Source: a virus (taxonomy: Duplodnaviria; Caudoviricetes). From it: a stretch of 64,000 bases of DNA. Made by a program: the position numbers and the translations under genes. The stretch is from the IMG/VR virus record IMGVR_UViG_3300005841_000939; one strand, written 5' to 3'. Positions 23,901 through 33,694 of the stretch are shown one piece after another (within the stretch, counting starts at the first letter, position 1; the number at the start of each line of letters is the position of its first letter). The notes beneath the pieces were generated by a model that saw only the letters and a list, made by a program, of their open reading frames with translations, ran no database searches and had not been told where the DNA came from.

Positions 23901-24771
23901 AAAATGATTCAAGTGAAGTGCCAGAAGAATCGGTATCACATAAAATACCAATTTGCCAATAATGTGCAACACATCCAGTCTTTACCCAAACACCTAATGG
24001 TTCCCCTGGACCAGTTACTGAACAAATTATTTGAACAAGAATCGGTGATGTCCAATCAGATGTATTACAATCATATGACGATGTATACAAATAATAACAA
24101 TGTTTTATTTCTTCACTTGAATTACTACTTGATGAAAAATTAGATGAAAATTGTGAACTACTAGCGATTGATAATGAAGAAGATTGACTAGGTGATTCTG
24201 AACTTGAAGTCAAACTTGAGAAAAATGATGATTCACTTGAAATCAAACTTGAAAGACTTGAAGACATTGAACTTATACTAGAAGTTGGTTCAATGTTACA
24301 GCAAAAAATAGTGTCTGGACGATAATACAAACCAAATTCTGTTTTAAATCCAACTGCAAGAGGCCAGACCTTTGGTTTAAAAATTTGTACGCCACCTGGT
24401 TCAGTTTCACTCAACCAAAGACGATCACCAATATTTCCTGGAATCTTAAAAGGATTAACATTATATTCATCAACCGTACCATCACCATTTGTTAAGAAAA
24501 ATTCTGGACCAAAAGGAAAACGATATTTAACTGGCCCAACACTCATTCTTAAATAAAAATGATCTTCATCTATAAATGACCAAACGTAACCATGAATAAA
24601 AGTTTTTTGTTTACTTGAGCCAGAAAGGCCAGGTTTATATAGATCATCCGTGTCTAAATATACAAATTGACCAACTTTAAGAGTAGATTGGCAACCAATT
24701 TGAGTTATCAACTTGGGATCAGTATGAAGATGCGAAACAGTTTTATCCCGTACAGAAACAGTCATAGCCAT
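20986..24771 (-). CDS. Mucin-like Ser-rich, Cys-repeat putative virion fibre/decoration protein (likely start 24765)
   Basis: 1261 aa; six Cys-rich modules separated by Ser/Thr/Glu/Asn tracts; late promoter upstream. Confidence 0.8.
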   Translation of the reverse strand: MAMTVSVRDKTVSHLHTDPKLITQIGCQSTLKVGQFVYLDTDDLYKPGLSGSSKQKTFIHGYVWSFIDEDHFYLRMSVGPVKYRFPFGPEFFLTNGDGTVDEYNVNPFKIPGNIGDRLWLSETEPGGVQIFKPKVWPLAVGFKTEFGLYYRPDTIFCCNIEPTSSISSMSSSLSSLISSESSFFSSLTSSSESPSQSSSLSIASSSQFSSNFSSSSNSSEEIKHCYYLYTSSYDCNTSDWTSPILVQIICSVTGPGEPLGVWVKTGCVAHYWQIGILCDTDSSGTSLESFSSGSSITGSEGGCPVVLLPPTNKPVAVQGDHDACCGSSSESNSINHSSSSNASSEVFESSSSELSSSESSEESSISSEESSNISSNISSNNSSVSSVVSSQSNSSISHSSISQSSISQSSISQSSISQSSTSNSNNSSQGSSNNSGNSSSGPGIPICVAQWRSVFNCSTQAWSDPAISIINPYDCSIGQVLNVWELVPTSSCVAHIYTTTTAPVTCNSSVDCETQDYVVPVNPTDQGLEPLDDCCPSSSSSQGSHSSSSEQLCDQYTFFAEYDCSTNTWNVDSVPVVIHNTLCSSNVDWHQGIVSGDCSLDTQIYVSAGSPPPPTPTAPTAPKPDLCVCSSSSESSEESSAESSQESSVESSEESSAESSQESSAQSSKQGSSNTQSSGTTSSQQSTQSSQQGSSDQSSTISSDNSCGGDTPGRIIYGWETVYNQTTCTWGSVTGVYADCTENTFTFDQWLAFGDACTYRYYTRLSGCCDPQNPGDIPPYPAAPDAPTFQPVGCECVSSSSTSSTQSSEESSNNSSEISSSVSSGVSSIVSSASSATSSTISSESSNNSSETTSSASGLCDIYSLAAFYWCDEPGGCNGSFSWFVSVVSSSTDQECGTDTPWQLSDDCNATKTVYVPAGTPFTNQPCIDYYPDIGPGPTCCPSSMTSSEVSSASSVNSQTSSNSSQNSSETVSSNSSTTNCDFWYFHAVYNCETSAWELDSDPVAPLSTDVPCDSNDGWQLSDDCTAFNGIYVPTGSGKPSAGLPGFGPGPTCCSSVGSSEQSSTSSASNNSSSNSSVNSSTSSASNDSSANSSISSTNDSSGTPPGSSDSSADSSETSSGGSIDPCTDGPDTLTYNFQSSGGDTGSSDCNCTTTQIYKKTASTATTVTYSLIYAESQNDPFPPDGLTCQFCAPTGVYTDDPTNTSPDWVWDCTLGQWTTGGWCAVDNSCNCIPNQFTGGYTLVQDQCGYPFASTLTTTVS
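23513..23593 (-). repeat. 15-bp tandem repeat encoding (ISQSS)n
   Basis: gatgattggctaatt-type units, about 5 copies; SSEES/SSQES repeats also at about 22780-22880. Confidence 0.85.
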
Positions 24772-24779
24772 TATTTATA
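24772..24779 (-). promoter_or_regulatory. Late promoter TATAAATA, 6 nt before ATG 24765
   Basis: Exact consensus. Confidence 0.7.
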
Positions 24780-24813
24780 TATTTCTCTTGGTTATATAAT
24801 AATATCATAAGAG

Positions 24814-24996
24814 GTGAAAATGTCAGAAATCAAGTGTCCTAACTGTAGCGGAGTATTAAATGTTAATGGAAAATCCAAAAATAGAGTAATTTGCCAAAAA
24901 TGCCTTCAAGAAACTGGAAAGACTTTTATAATGATTGAAACAAAATCTAATCAAGATATTCAAAATCTTGGCGATGGATTTTTTACTAAATCATAA
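24814..24996 (+). CDS. Small zinc-ribbon protein
   Basis: CPNC...CQKC; GAGG RBS. Confidence 0.75.
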   Translation: MKMSEIKCPNCSGVLNVNGKSKNRVICQKCLQETGKTFIMIETKSNQDIQNLGDGFFTKS

Positions 24997-25005
24997 AGGT
25001 AAAAC

Positions 25006-25602
25006 ATGACAACAATTATTGGATTGGCAGGACCAGGTGGTGTTGGAAAATCAACCACATCTAAGGCTATTTCAAAACTGTTAAAAGATGATGGTTATAC
25101 TGTAACTTCATCTGCATTTGCTGAACCACTTTATGAAGTGACATCATTAATTACCGGAATTCCTGTAGAAAAACTAAAATCTCAGGATTATAAAGAAACT
25201 CCTTGGACTGATAATAATGCGCCTATTCCATGTCTTTCTGAATGGACTCCAAGAAAATTATTACAAATTATTGGAACTGAATGCTTTAGAGAAAATATTA
25301 ACTATGATTTTTGGATTCAATTAGCAATATCAAGAGTAAAAAATTATGATTTTGCAATATTTGAAGATGCTAGATTTGTCAACGAATATGAAAAATGTCA
25401 TGTTGTTTATGAATTGGCAAGACCTGGCGTTGAATATAAAATGAATCATCCTTCTGCGATGCCACCAGATAAAAAATATATAAATTCTATAATAGAACTA
25501 ACACCAAATTTAGATTTTTCACCTTGGGTGCAAGATATAATTCATTATAGAAAGTATGGTTATGGGCTGGAATGTCTTCAAGTTAATAAGAATAAAGTGT
25601 AA
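25006..25602 (+). CDS. Deoxynucleoside monophosphate kinase (T4 gp1-like)
   Basis: IIGLAGPGGVGKST...FAEPL...TPRKLLQIIGTECFR...FW...IFEDARFVNE. Confidence 0.92.
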   Translation: MTTIIGLAGPGGVGKSTTSKAISKLLKDDGYTVTSSAFAEPLYEVTSLITGIPVEKLKSQDYKETPWTDNNAPIPCLSEWTPRKLLQIIGTECFRENINYDFWIQLAISRVKNYDFAIFEDARFVNEYEKCHVVYELARPGVEYKMNHPSAMPPDKKYINSIIELTPNLDFSPWVQDIIHYRKYGYGLECLQVNKNKV

Positions 25603-25774
25603 CGACTGCAAAGAAACTATTGATGCTCCAAAAGACGGTAAAACTTGGAAGGAATGTAGTTGTGGTGGTTGTGCTGTAAAAGGTGCAGGCGTTGCTAAAC
25701 AAATTCGTGGGAAAAATTACGAGGATCTTTCAATAGAAAATTGGGAAGGTCTTGAGGGAGTTGATTCAAAATGA
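25556..25774 (+). CDS. Small zinc-binding protein
   Basis: CNDC...CSCGGCAVKG. Confidence 0.7.
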   Translation: MVMGWNVFKLIRIKCNDCKETIDAPKDGKTWKECSCGGCAVKGAGVAKQIRGKNYEDLSIENWEGLEGVDSK

Positions 25775-26421
25775 ATTCTCTAACTCCTGCTGAAAGTAAA
25801 GAAAATATAGTTACTTTACTTTTAAATAAATCAATATTAACTGAAAAAGACTTTGCCAACTTTAATAGTTGTAAAGCTTTTATCATTGATACCTATATGA
25901 CTGTACCTATGTATAGACCTCTTGTTGTTAAAATGTTTGGTGTTCTAGGTGACCCACAATTTTCAACATTAGAATCAAAATATTGGCAATGTAAAACAGA
26001 AGCTGAAACTCATGCTAATGAATTAATTAGAGAAATGCATGATTTAGAAAAGTTGAAGATTAATATTGATAGAAGTGAATATATTCTTAACAACAAAATG
26101 AAAAGCAATGAGCCAAACGAAGAATTAAATTTTGATCGTAGAGAACTTGCTGTAAATATTTCTCTTCTCAAATTTGAATTTGCTCAACTTGAAAAGAAAA
26201 TTAAATATCGTATTGAAGAAGTGACTGAATGGAAAAAAATAAGTGATTCTTTGTCAAGCTCAAAAGAATTTAATCCACAAACATATGCTCAAATGCTTTT
26301 GGTATCCCTAGAAAATAAATGGGATAAAGATTTAGAAAATCCACTAGTTAAAGATGATGACAAAGTTGTCATTAAGCAAAAACTAGATGGATTACGTAAA
26401 GTTAAAAGCCAACCACGCTAA
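25771..26421 (+). CDS. Hypothetical coiled-coil protein
   Basis: 216-aa ORF coupled to the upstream gene. Confidence 0.75.
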   Translation: MNSLTPAESKENIVTLLLNKSILTEKDFANFNSCKAFIIDTYMTVPMYRPLVVKMFGVLGDPQFSTLESKYWQCKTEAETHANELIREMHDLEKLKINIDRSEYILNNKMKSNEPNEELNFDRRELAVNISLLKFEFAQLEKKIKYRIEEVTEWKKISDSLSSSKEFNPQTYAQMLLVSLENKWDKDLENPLVKDDDKVVIKQKLDGLRKVKSQPR

Positions 26422-28267
26422 CACGTACTGATACCGTATCAGCCATAATCAATTTAAATGAATTTATGGAGAGCGCAACTACCTCTTGTGGAATTATCTT
26501 TCTATTAGTTGCAACATCTGTGACTGAAACAATAAAATCATTCTTATCAAATAATGAGAAATTATGATTGATAATAACTTGGAAACCAGTGTACGAAACT
26601 TCTGATGGGAATGAATATGTTACTGGTGTAAAATCACCAGTAGCAACAGTTAGAGTATATTTACTTCCAACTCCTCCACCGCCGCCAGCACCAACAGTAA
26701 CAACTTGTAATCCATTCCAATATTGAAGATTTCCATTACCCTTATTGTACCAAAATGGGACACCATAATTTAAATCATAATATTGAAAATTTGAAACATC
26801 AGCAGGATCTACTTGTCCTAAACGTAATTCATTTTTTACACCAATACCAAATGCGAAACTTTCTTTATTCCAGAAAGATTTAACAGGTTTTACTGAATTA
26901 TTCCCACCGGTTGCAGGAGAGCTAGTTGTTGGTGTTGATGTAGTAGGCGTAGAACTTGTTGATGGAGTAACAATTTGAACGTTATATATTTCATCAATAC
27001 CGGTTGCATTTAATACAACGGTTGAATCAACTTCAATCCAATCAACCAAGAGTGTTGTTCCGCCAGCACCTTCTTCAATTGGATTATATGAATCACGGAC
27101 AATGTTTGCATTGTGAATATCAACGATTGATGTATCAAATGCTTTCAAAAGCTTTGTCTTAACTCCAACAAAATAAACACTATTCCAATAACTCTTCTCA
27201 TCTAACGTTGGATTGATCAATTTCAATCTACCATTAAGGACAGTAGCTCCAACAAACGATGTTACCTTTGTAGCATCAACATTAACGTTGCCGTTTGATT
27301 GTTGTGGAAAAGCCAATTGCAAATCTTGGACAAATAAACTTGTTTCTCCGTTGTGATCCAAATAAAATAACTGAATGTCACTACTTGTTGAAAGAAGATT
27401 TGTAAAACTACCTAAATGAATATTTTTTGCAAAAACTGATGAAACTAGACGAACGCCAATATTAGATACATCTACTAAACGAACGTTCTTTTGTGTCCCG
27501 TTTACAAACGAAACACCAACATTTTCAATGTATGTTCCACTCTTATCCTTAACAAATGAATTGATTGGAGAATTTACAACGTGGATTGCTGAAACATAAT
27601 TACAATTTACAAATTCAAAATGAACATCCTTGATCAATGTTGAAATATTATTTTTAACTCCGTCTGTGTCAATTTGAATGAAATCAACATTATTTCCAAG
27701 TGTACCTGCAAAATTTGTCAAACGAATAGTTGGATTACCATATCCAATGATTTGAATCCCATTTTTCTTCAAAATTATTGGAAGCCATGTACCATCATAA
27801 ACAAATTCATGGACACCAATATCAGTAGTCAATTCTGCTGGACCTTGATCACGATGCGACCCCATCAAAACTATATTTACAGTATTGTAGCCATTGAAAG
27901 TCAATGAATCTGCATAAATTGCAGCAGATTTCAAGTTATTGTAAATTTGTCCTTCAACTACCATATCATTTGGAATAGTTGGATCAACAAAAAGAGTTTT
28001 ACCAACACTTTGCAAATATGCAGCTTGATTTAGGAATGTTAATGCTTGTTGAACAGTTGTAGCACCAACAAAAAATGTTCCAGTATTATCAAAAGGAATT
28101 TCGTTACTGTCAATTTTCTTCAACAACTCAGTTAAAGTTACGCCTGATGGATTTGGATCATCAGAAAATATCAAATTTCCTGTTGAATCCGAAGTAATAG
28201 CATTGACAATGCGCCCAACTTGGATGCGGGATGCCTTGAACGGTTCGTTTGCTGACATCTTATGCAT
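26402..28267 (-). CDS. Putative tail fibre/appendage protein with beta-helix-like centre
   Basis: 621 aa; beta-rich repeats, PTTS linker, C-terminal small beta domain. Confidence 0.7.
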   Translation of the reverse strand: MHKMSANEPFKASRIQVGRIVNAITSDSTGNLIFSDDPNPSGVTLTELLKKIDSNEIPFDNTGTFFVGATTVQQALTFLNQAAYLQSVGKTLFVDPTIPNDMVVEGQIYNNLKSAAIYADSLTFNGYNTVNIVLMGSHRDQGPAELTTDIGVHEFVYDGTWLPIILKKNGIQIIGYGNPTIRLTNFAGTLGNNVDFIQIDTDGVKNNISTLIKDVHFEFVNCNYVSAIHVVNSPINSFVKDKSGTYIENVGVSFVNGTQKNVRLVDVSNIGVRLVSSVFAKNIHLGSFTNLLSTSSDIQLFYLDHNGETSLFVQDLQLAFPQQSNGNVNVDATKVTSFVGATVLNGRLKLINPTLDEKSYWNSVYFVGVKTKLLKAFDTSIVDIHNANIVRDSYNPIEEGAGGTTLLVDWIEVDSTVVLNATGIDEIYNVQIVTPSTSSTPTTSTPTTSSPATGGNNSVKPVKSFWNKESFAFGIGVKNELRLGQVDPADVSNFQYYDLNYGVPFWYNKGNGNLQYWNGLQVVTVGAGGGGGVGSKYTLTVATGDFTPVTYSFPSEVSYTGFQVIINHNFSLFDKNDFIVSVTDVATNRKIIPQEVVALSINSFKLIMADTVSVRVSVVGF

Positions 28268-29624
28268 CTCCTTGGAACTTTAATTTTGTGGCAATCCAGT
28301 CAACTTGGCCAACAAATTTTCTTTCAGTTCTAATTATAAACCCTTGGTTTGTTTTGTTAGTGTACCAAACATTTATATTTTTATTGTTTGATAATGTAAT
28401 GGAATAGTCACTACTACTGAATGCTGTATCAAATGTAATTGATTGCAAATCGGAATTGTTGAACGCGATGACTCCAGCTTTTCTTCCAACAATATCAGTT
28501 GGTGTTGTATCAAAAATCATTACATCAATACTTGATGAAACGATAGGCTGATCAGAAATACCATTTGGTAAACCAATTACACGACGTTCAAGAGCTTTAT
28601 AGCGAACATCAGTTGTATCTTCAGTTGGAACATATAACGCTCCACTTACATTTTCACATTTTGAACCATATACATCAAAATTTGAAGTGTCCGGATAATA
28701 TTCTTCAACATGGAATTGAATTATCAAATCATGTGTAGGTTCAGTTTCAGCCAAAGCAATTTGTTCAGTTGTTGGACATTGGCAATTTAATTTTTGAATG
28801 GCTTCAATAACTGTAATTATTTTACCGGTATATGATAAAGTAATTTGTTCTTCTGTTGGTAATGGTGTTTCATTTTGAACAGCTTTTCTATCCAACTCAA
28901 TACCATTTGTTTTATCAAAAAGTCTAAAAACAACAGCTTTATCAGACATGATTAAACGCATATTGGTTTTTGCCAATATGAATGCAACTTTATTTGAATC
29001 TACTGGAGGAATAGTTATCTTTAAATTTGGAACATCATGCCACTTCCAAGAACCGTCAGTTTCATTTTTCCAATCACCCACATAATCTTTAATATATTGA
29101 TCAATTGAAAATGTTTTAGTTCCAACTGAAAATGTTGGATATGCTGAATTTATACTTTTATCAAAAAGACGAGGTATACCATATTCAGGTGATGTATTTG
29201 TAGCAAGATTAGGATCACCATTAATATTAACAATTAAATTATTACAATCGTTATCAGTAAATCTTTTTGAACCAATCCAGAAAATTCCACCATTGGTTAA
29301 TTTGTTTTTCCAATCAATGTATGCTCCAACTATTTCTTGGAGCGAATAGGCTTTTGTAACTGATGAATCTTTAAAATATAGCTTACCATTACTAACATAT
29401 ACACCCTTAATTCTTGTATATAAATCTTCAAGAGTTAAAGTTTCAACTTTTTCTCCTGTTATATCAACTAAGTTTTGAGTGTAATTGTCTTTAAAATGCA
29501 ATTTGCCATCAGCATCCAAGAAAATAGCATTGTCAATAGATTGTACATCGGTAGCAGATGTATTTGGTATTCCAAGTGTTATACCATCCGCCAAGAATGC
29601 ATTATTTGAAGGATCTGATGCCAT
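28260..29624 (-). CDS. Putative baseplate/fibre structural protein with a C-terminal lectin-like module
   Basis: 454 aa; GATAAATA box 6 nt upstream; C-terminal RKAG...ITFDTAF..SDYSITLS...WYTNKT..GF module. Confidence 0.7.
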   Translation of the reverse strand: MASDPSNNAFLADGITLGIPNTSATDVQSIDNAIFLDADGKLHFKDNYTQNLVDITGEKVETLTLEDLYTRIKGVYVSNGKLYFKDSSVTKAYSLQEIVGAYIDWKNKLTNGGIFWIGSKRFTDNDCNNLIVNINGDPNLATNTSPEYGIPRLFDKSINSAYPTFSVGTKTFSIDQYIKDYVGDWKNETDGSWKWHDVPNLKITIPPVDSNKVAFILAKTNMRLIMSDKAVVFRLFDKTNGIELDRKAVQNETPLPTEEQITLSYTGKIITVIEAIQKLNCQCPTTEQIALAETEPTHDLIIQFHVEEYYPDTSNFDVYGSKCENVSGALYVPTEDTTDVRYKALERRVIGLPNGISDQPIVSSSIDVMIFDTTPTDIVGRKAGVIAFNNSDLQSITFDTAFSSSDYSITLSNNKNINVWYTNKTNQGFIIRTERKFVGQVDWIATKLKFQGDA

Positions 29625-29657
29625 ATTTTCTATTTATCTATTTTTTATTGGTTTATC

Positions 29658-32600
29658 TTATTTGTTCCACTCATAACCATCAAATTCACCCAAACTAGAG
29701 ATGTCAGTTTCAGTAACGTTTATTACTGCTGTTGCTAAGAATGCAACTTCACCCTTCCAATCTGCTAATTCAGTGTTAATTGTAAAGCCAGCAACGGTTT
29801 TATCAGTCCACCAAACTTCAACATTATCATTTGGTGTCAAAGCAATTGAATAATTTACATCAATTTCACTTGGGAATGGTTTATCAAATATTGCAGTTGA
29901 TGTATTTGTACCATCAAAAACAACAGTACCCGTTCTTTCAACAATAATATTTGATTCAGCATCAAAAATTATTACATTAAGGTCAGAACTTGCTCCGGTT
30001 CCAGAAATTGGTACGGTCACATTTGGATTTTCTATTGTTGAGAAGAAACGACGACCAAGATAATTAGTTAAATATGTATCTTCTTCTGGAATTGTTTGAG
30101 TATCCCACACGAAAATACGTTTTGTAGTTGGTGATGCGTGAATACCTGATCCAACAAGAGTTCTACCGACATTTCTATCAACTCGGTGACCACCAACAAC
30201 GATTGCACGTAACGGAGTACCGAATGCCATTTGCCCGATATGCCATCCACCAATTTGACGCCATTGGTTTGCCAACTTCTCAATACTTTGTGGTGTATTC
30301 CAAATAGTATCGTAATTAGGAGCATCGCCACCAAGCCCAACACCGTCCATGTGACGCTTCCATGTACTTGATTTCCAATTTACTCCTGTATTTTCTGGCT
30401 TAATATCATAACCATTTGATTGAATCCATGATGCAGGGACTTTGTAACGCTTATCATCATGCCATTCTTGAACAAATGTAGTTGACCATTCAGTATATGA
30501 AACACCAGAAACTGGAATTGTTGACAAATCAATTGTTTTTGTTTCAGCAGATGTATCACAATCACTTAGACAATCAGATACATCTATAAACAATTGTCCA
30601 CTTTTGCATTCTTGTGTTGAAACAAATAATTTTCCAGTGGCAATTGAATTAATATTAACAACAAAGGTTTCGCCGAAAGTACCAAATCCAAATATCAATT
30701 CATACAATGATGGTGAAATTTGATTTATAGTTTGATATGTGAAATCTGCAGGGAAATTAAATGTTTGTGCAATGCAATTATTGACAAGACTTCCACCAAC
30801 ATTTGTATTTACTACATCATGCGGATTGCCTAAAGTTTGTGCGCCATTTAATGTTATTCCTGATGCATCAAAACAATAACCTGATGGGGAAATAACAAAT
30901 GATGAAGCTACAGCCCAAACGCAAGGATCAAAATAATGATATTGAACAAGATTTGAAATGGTATCATTTCCTTCAATTGTTTCGCCACTAATGCCGATCA
31001 ATTGGAAATTAGTTGGGAATGTTCCTTGTCCAGAGCAACATGTTGCACTAATATCAACAGTCAACAATGCAGGGATTGCATTTACAACCAAATCACCATA
31101 TGCACATTGATTTTCATCAAACGAAACATTGAATTGACGAACACATCCGCCACTTGCATTATTTTGTTGGAATTGCCATCCAACAACCTTATTTTTACTT
31201 GGTGCAATAATATCGTAAATCAGAGTTGTTTGTGAGCCGCTAGCAGATGTCACCAATGGAGAATATGAATTAAATGCAAAATGATCTGGCCATGTTGCGG
31301 ATGTAGGAGTACATGTATTTGTTACTTCCAAATCAAGTCCATATGAAACGCCTTCTGTTATCAATCCTGCAAAACATGCACCAGAAATGTTGATAACATT
31401 CAATACCTCACCGCAAGGTGAACCATCTTCAGCAGATAATGAAACATTCTGAACTGACCATCTACCAATAGGACCAACCTTGTTTATTGCAATTGCTTCG
31501 TGCTCTTGAATTTCACTCAAGCCACGAATAAGAACGCGACGATTTACAATAGCAGCAATTGAATCTGATGATACAGAAAGTGTTGCAACTTCATAATCTT
31601 CTGTCAAATGATTACCATCTGATCTTTCATCACGATGACTAAATGCCATATCAAGATCAAATGTTGCGCCACTATTGAATACAGCACTCCACAAAGGAGT
31701 ACCCCAACGCGAATCTTTTGCAGTTTTATTTTCTGCATTAATATCCAAATATGAAACAATATCTGAACCACATTTTTCAAGTGATGATGCCCACAATTCT
31801 CTAGTTGAGTCAACCTCAACCATGACTGCATTCCAATCATTCATTGATAATTCAAGGGATGCAGTTCCATACGCATACTTAGCACCAGACAAGTTTCCAC
31901 TTGTTGGTGTTTCAGTACTGACATACATCATAACATTTTGTATTGAATTAATTGGTTGGCCACTGATGATTGCAGTGTTGTACATATTATCCAATGAATC
32001 AAATTGGATAAATCCCTTTCCATTTATACCATAATTTATCAAATCAGTTCCAGAAATACCTTGTATATATTGGAAAGAATTCAAATAACCATATTCAAGA
32101 CGAGGTCCACCAATAGTATTTTGGAATGAACGGAATGCAAAAGATTTTTGAACGTTTGTGATAGATCCAGGTTTAACGTCTCTTGGATATACACGATCCA
32201 AATAATTGAAATCCATTTTTACACCAGTGATTGTTAAATCACCAGCAAATAAGAAATTACTTCCGCTAGTTTGTGAGACAACAGTAAATGTTCCACCAGA
32301 AACGATAGATGCTGAAATACTTAATGCATTTATTTCAGGATATTCAAAATCAATACCACTAAATGCTTGATCATATGTTTGGAATCTGTGAATACCAGAT
32401 GCGAAATCTAAAACAGTAAAGTCAGGAAAATCTGGATCACGACTATATTCTAAACGTGCTTCAGTAAATGCATGCGAATCATCAAAAATGTTATCAACTG
32501 CAAATGGATCTGCAAATAACAATCCATGAGTAATTTGTTCCCAAATTGGAGGTTCAATCCAACATCCACCAGAAACTATTGCTGGCAATGTTGAATATTC

Positions 32601-33686
32601 TGGACCTTGTTTCTTTTCAAAGAAAACTTCTGCGATACGTGAATCTCTACATGACCAATCAGCAAAGGTTGCAGATGGTGCATAACTGGTATTATCAACA
32701 TATGAAAATTTAAATGGTGCCAATGAATCATGCAATCCACCCCAAAAAATTGAGTGAACATCATCACCAACACCAGTATGCCAGTAAACAGATTCCAACA
32801 GGTTTTGTTGACGAATCCATGTTGATCCATCAAACTTATAAACCAAATCAAGAATTCTAGTCTTCACCAAATCATTAATATTAGTTGTAGTTGGAATATC
32901 AATTTGATAACCTTGAGAATATTTTTGTAAAAGGTTAATTTCAACATCTGAGATTGAAACTCTTTCACTTCTTCCACCAGTTGATAAACCATGGTCGCCA
33001 GTTCCAACGAAACGAATACCATGAGCAGCAACAGGATATGTAGCCAATGCATCAACCGTTGCATAATTAATAGCAACATTTTCACTATCATTACCATCAG
33101 AATTTTTGCAATTTGGACATTCAGTATCACCAAGGTATTCAACCTTAACGTTTACATATCCATTATTGTCTTTTAAATTGACATCATCAAAAATTAAACG
33201 TAATATACTATTAGGTTGATCAACACAAAATTCATATGTCTTTGGATAAAAACTTGAATTAAAACTATCTTGTGCTTCAACTAATGTATTGTAATAACCG
33301 TTTACTAAAGCTTTCTTCGCAACTGGCACTTCATTAATGAAAACATAAAATCCAACGTGAAATAAATTTGGACCCAAATTTGAATTGTCTGATCCTGTTG
33401 GTGTATCTGTATTATCATCACAATTATTATTACCAAATTTTCCCAAACCAGGGACAGATGGAAGCCAGTGAACACAAGGAATAAGATCAAGAGCGCCAGG
33501 AATATCAATAAGTCCTGGAATTTTAATACCAACCAATGGAGTTAATAATCCACCTGAAAGAATATTAGCAACTTGACTACCGCCGCCCAAAAAACCAACT
33601 GTTTGATTAAATGCATCGGAAATGGCGCCACCAACACTACTAAAAATGTCGCTTATACCACCAAAAATTCCGCCCGATCCACCCAT
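29658..33686 (-). CDS. Large putative structural protein
   Basis: 1342 aa; GAGG RBS; scattered Cys pairs; same C-terminal module. Confidence 0.75.
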   Translation of the reverse strand: MGGSGGIFGGISDIFSSVGGAISDAFNQTVGFLGGGSQVANILSGGLLTPLVGIKIPGLIDIPGALDLIPCVHWLPSVPGLGKFGNNNCDDNTDTPTGSDNSNLGPNLFHVGFYVFINEVPVAKKALVNGYYNTLVEAQDSFNSSFYPKTYEFCVDQPNSILRLIFDDVNLKDNNGYVNVKVEYLGDTECPNCKNSDGNDSENVAINYATVDALATYPVAAHGIRFVGTGDHGLSTGGRSERVSISDVEINLLQKYSQGYQIDIPTTTNINDLVKTRILDLVYKFDGSTWIRQQNLLESVYWHTGVGDDVHSIFWGGLHDSLAPFKFSYVDNTSYAPSATFADWSCRDSRIAEVFFEKKQGPEYSTLPAIVSGGCWIEPPIWEQITHGLLFADPFAVDNIFDDSHAFTEARLEYSRDPDFPDFTVLDFASGIHRFQTYDQAFSGIDFEYPEINALSISASIVSGGTFTVVSQTSGSNFLFAGDLTITGVKMDFNYLDRVYPRDVKPGSITNVQKSFAFRSFQNTIGGPRLEYGYLNSFQYIQGISGTDLINYGINGKGFIQFDSLDNMYNTAIISGQPINSIQNVMMYVSTETPTSGNLSGAKYAYGTASLELSMNDWNAVMVEVDSTRELWASSLEKCGSDIVSYLDINAENKTAKDSRWGTPLWSAVFNSGATFDLDMAFSHRDERSDGNHLTEDYEVATLSVSSDSIAAIVNRRVLIRGLSEIQEHEAIAINKVGPIGRWSVQNVSLSAEDGSPCGEVLNVINISGACFAGLITEGVSYGLDLEVTNTCTPTSATWPDHFAFNSYSPLVTSASGSQTTLIYDIIAPSKNKVVGWQFQQNNASGGCVRQFNVSFDENQCAYGDLVVNAIPALLTVDISATCCSGQGTFPTNFQLIGISGETIEGNDTISNLVQYHYFDPCVWAVASSFVISPSGYCFDASGITLNGAQTLGNPHDVVNTNVGGSLVNNCIAQTFNFPADFTYQTINQISPSLYELIFGFGTFGETFVVNINSIATGKLFVSTQECKSGQLFIDVSDCLSDCDTSAETKTIDLSTIPVSGVSYTEWSTTFVQEWHDDKRYKVPASWIQSNGYDIKPENTGVNWKSSTWKRHMDGVGLGGDAPNYDTIWNTPQSIEKLANQWRQIGGWHIGQMAFGTPLRAIVVGGHRVDRNVGRTLVGSGIHASPTTKRIFVWDTQTIPEEDTYLTNYLGRRFFSTIENPNVTVPISGTGASSDLNVIIFDAESNIIVERTGTVVFDGTNTSTAIFDKPFPSEIDVNYSIALTPNDNVEVWWTDKTVAGFTINTELADWKGEVAFLATAVINVTETDISSLGEFDGYEWNK

Positions 33687-33694
33687 TTAATTCC

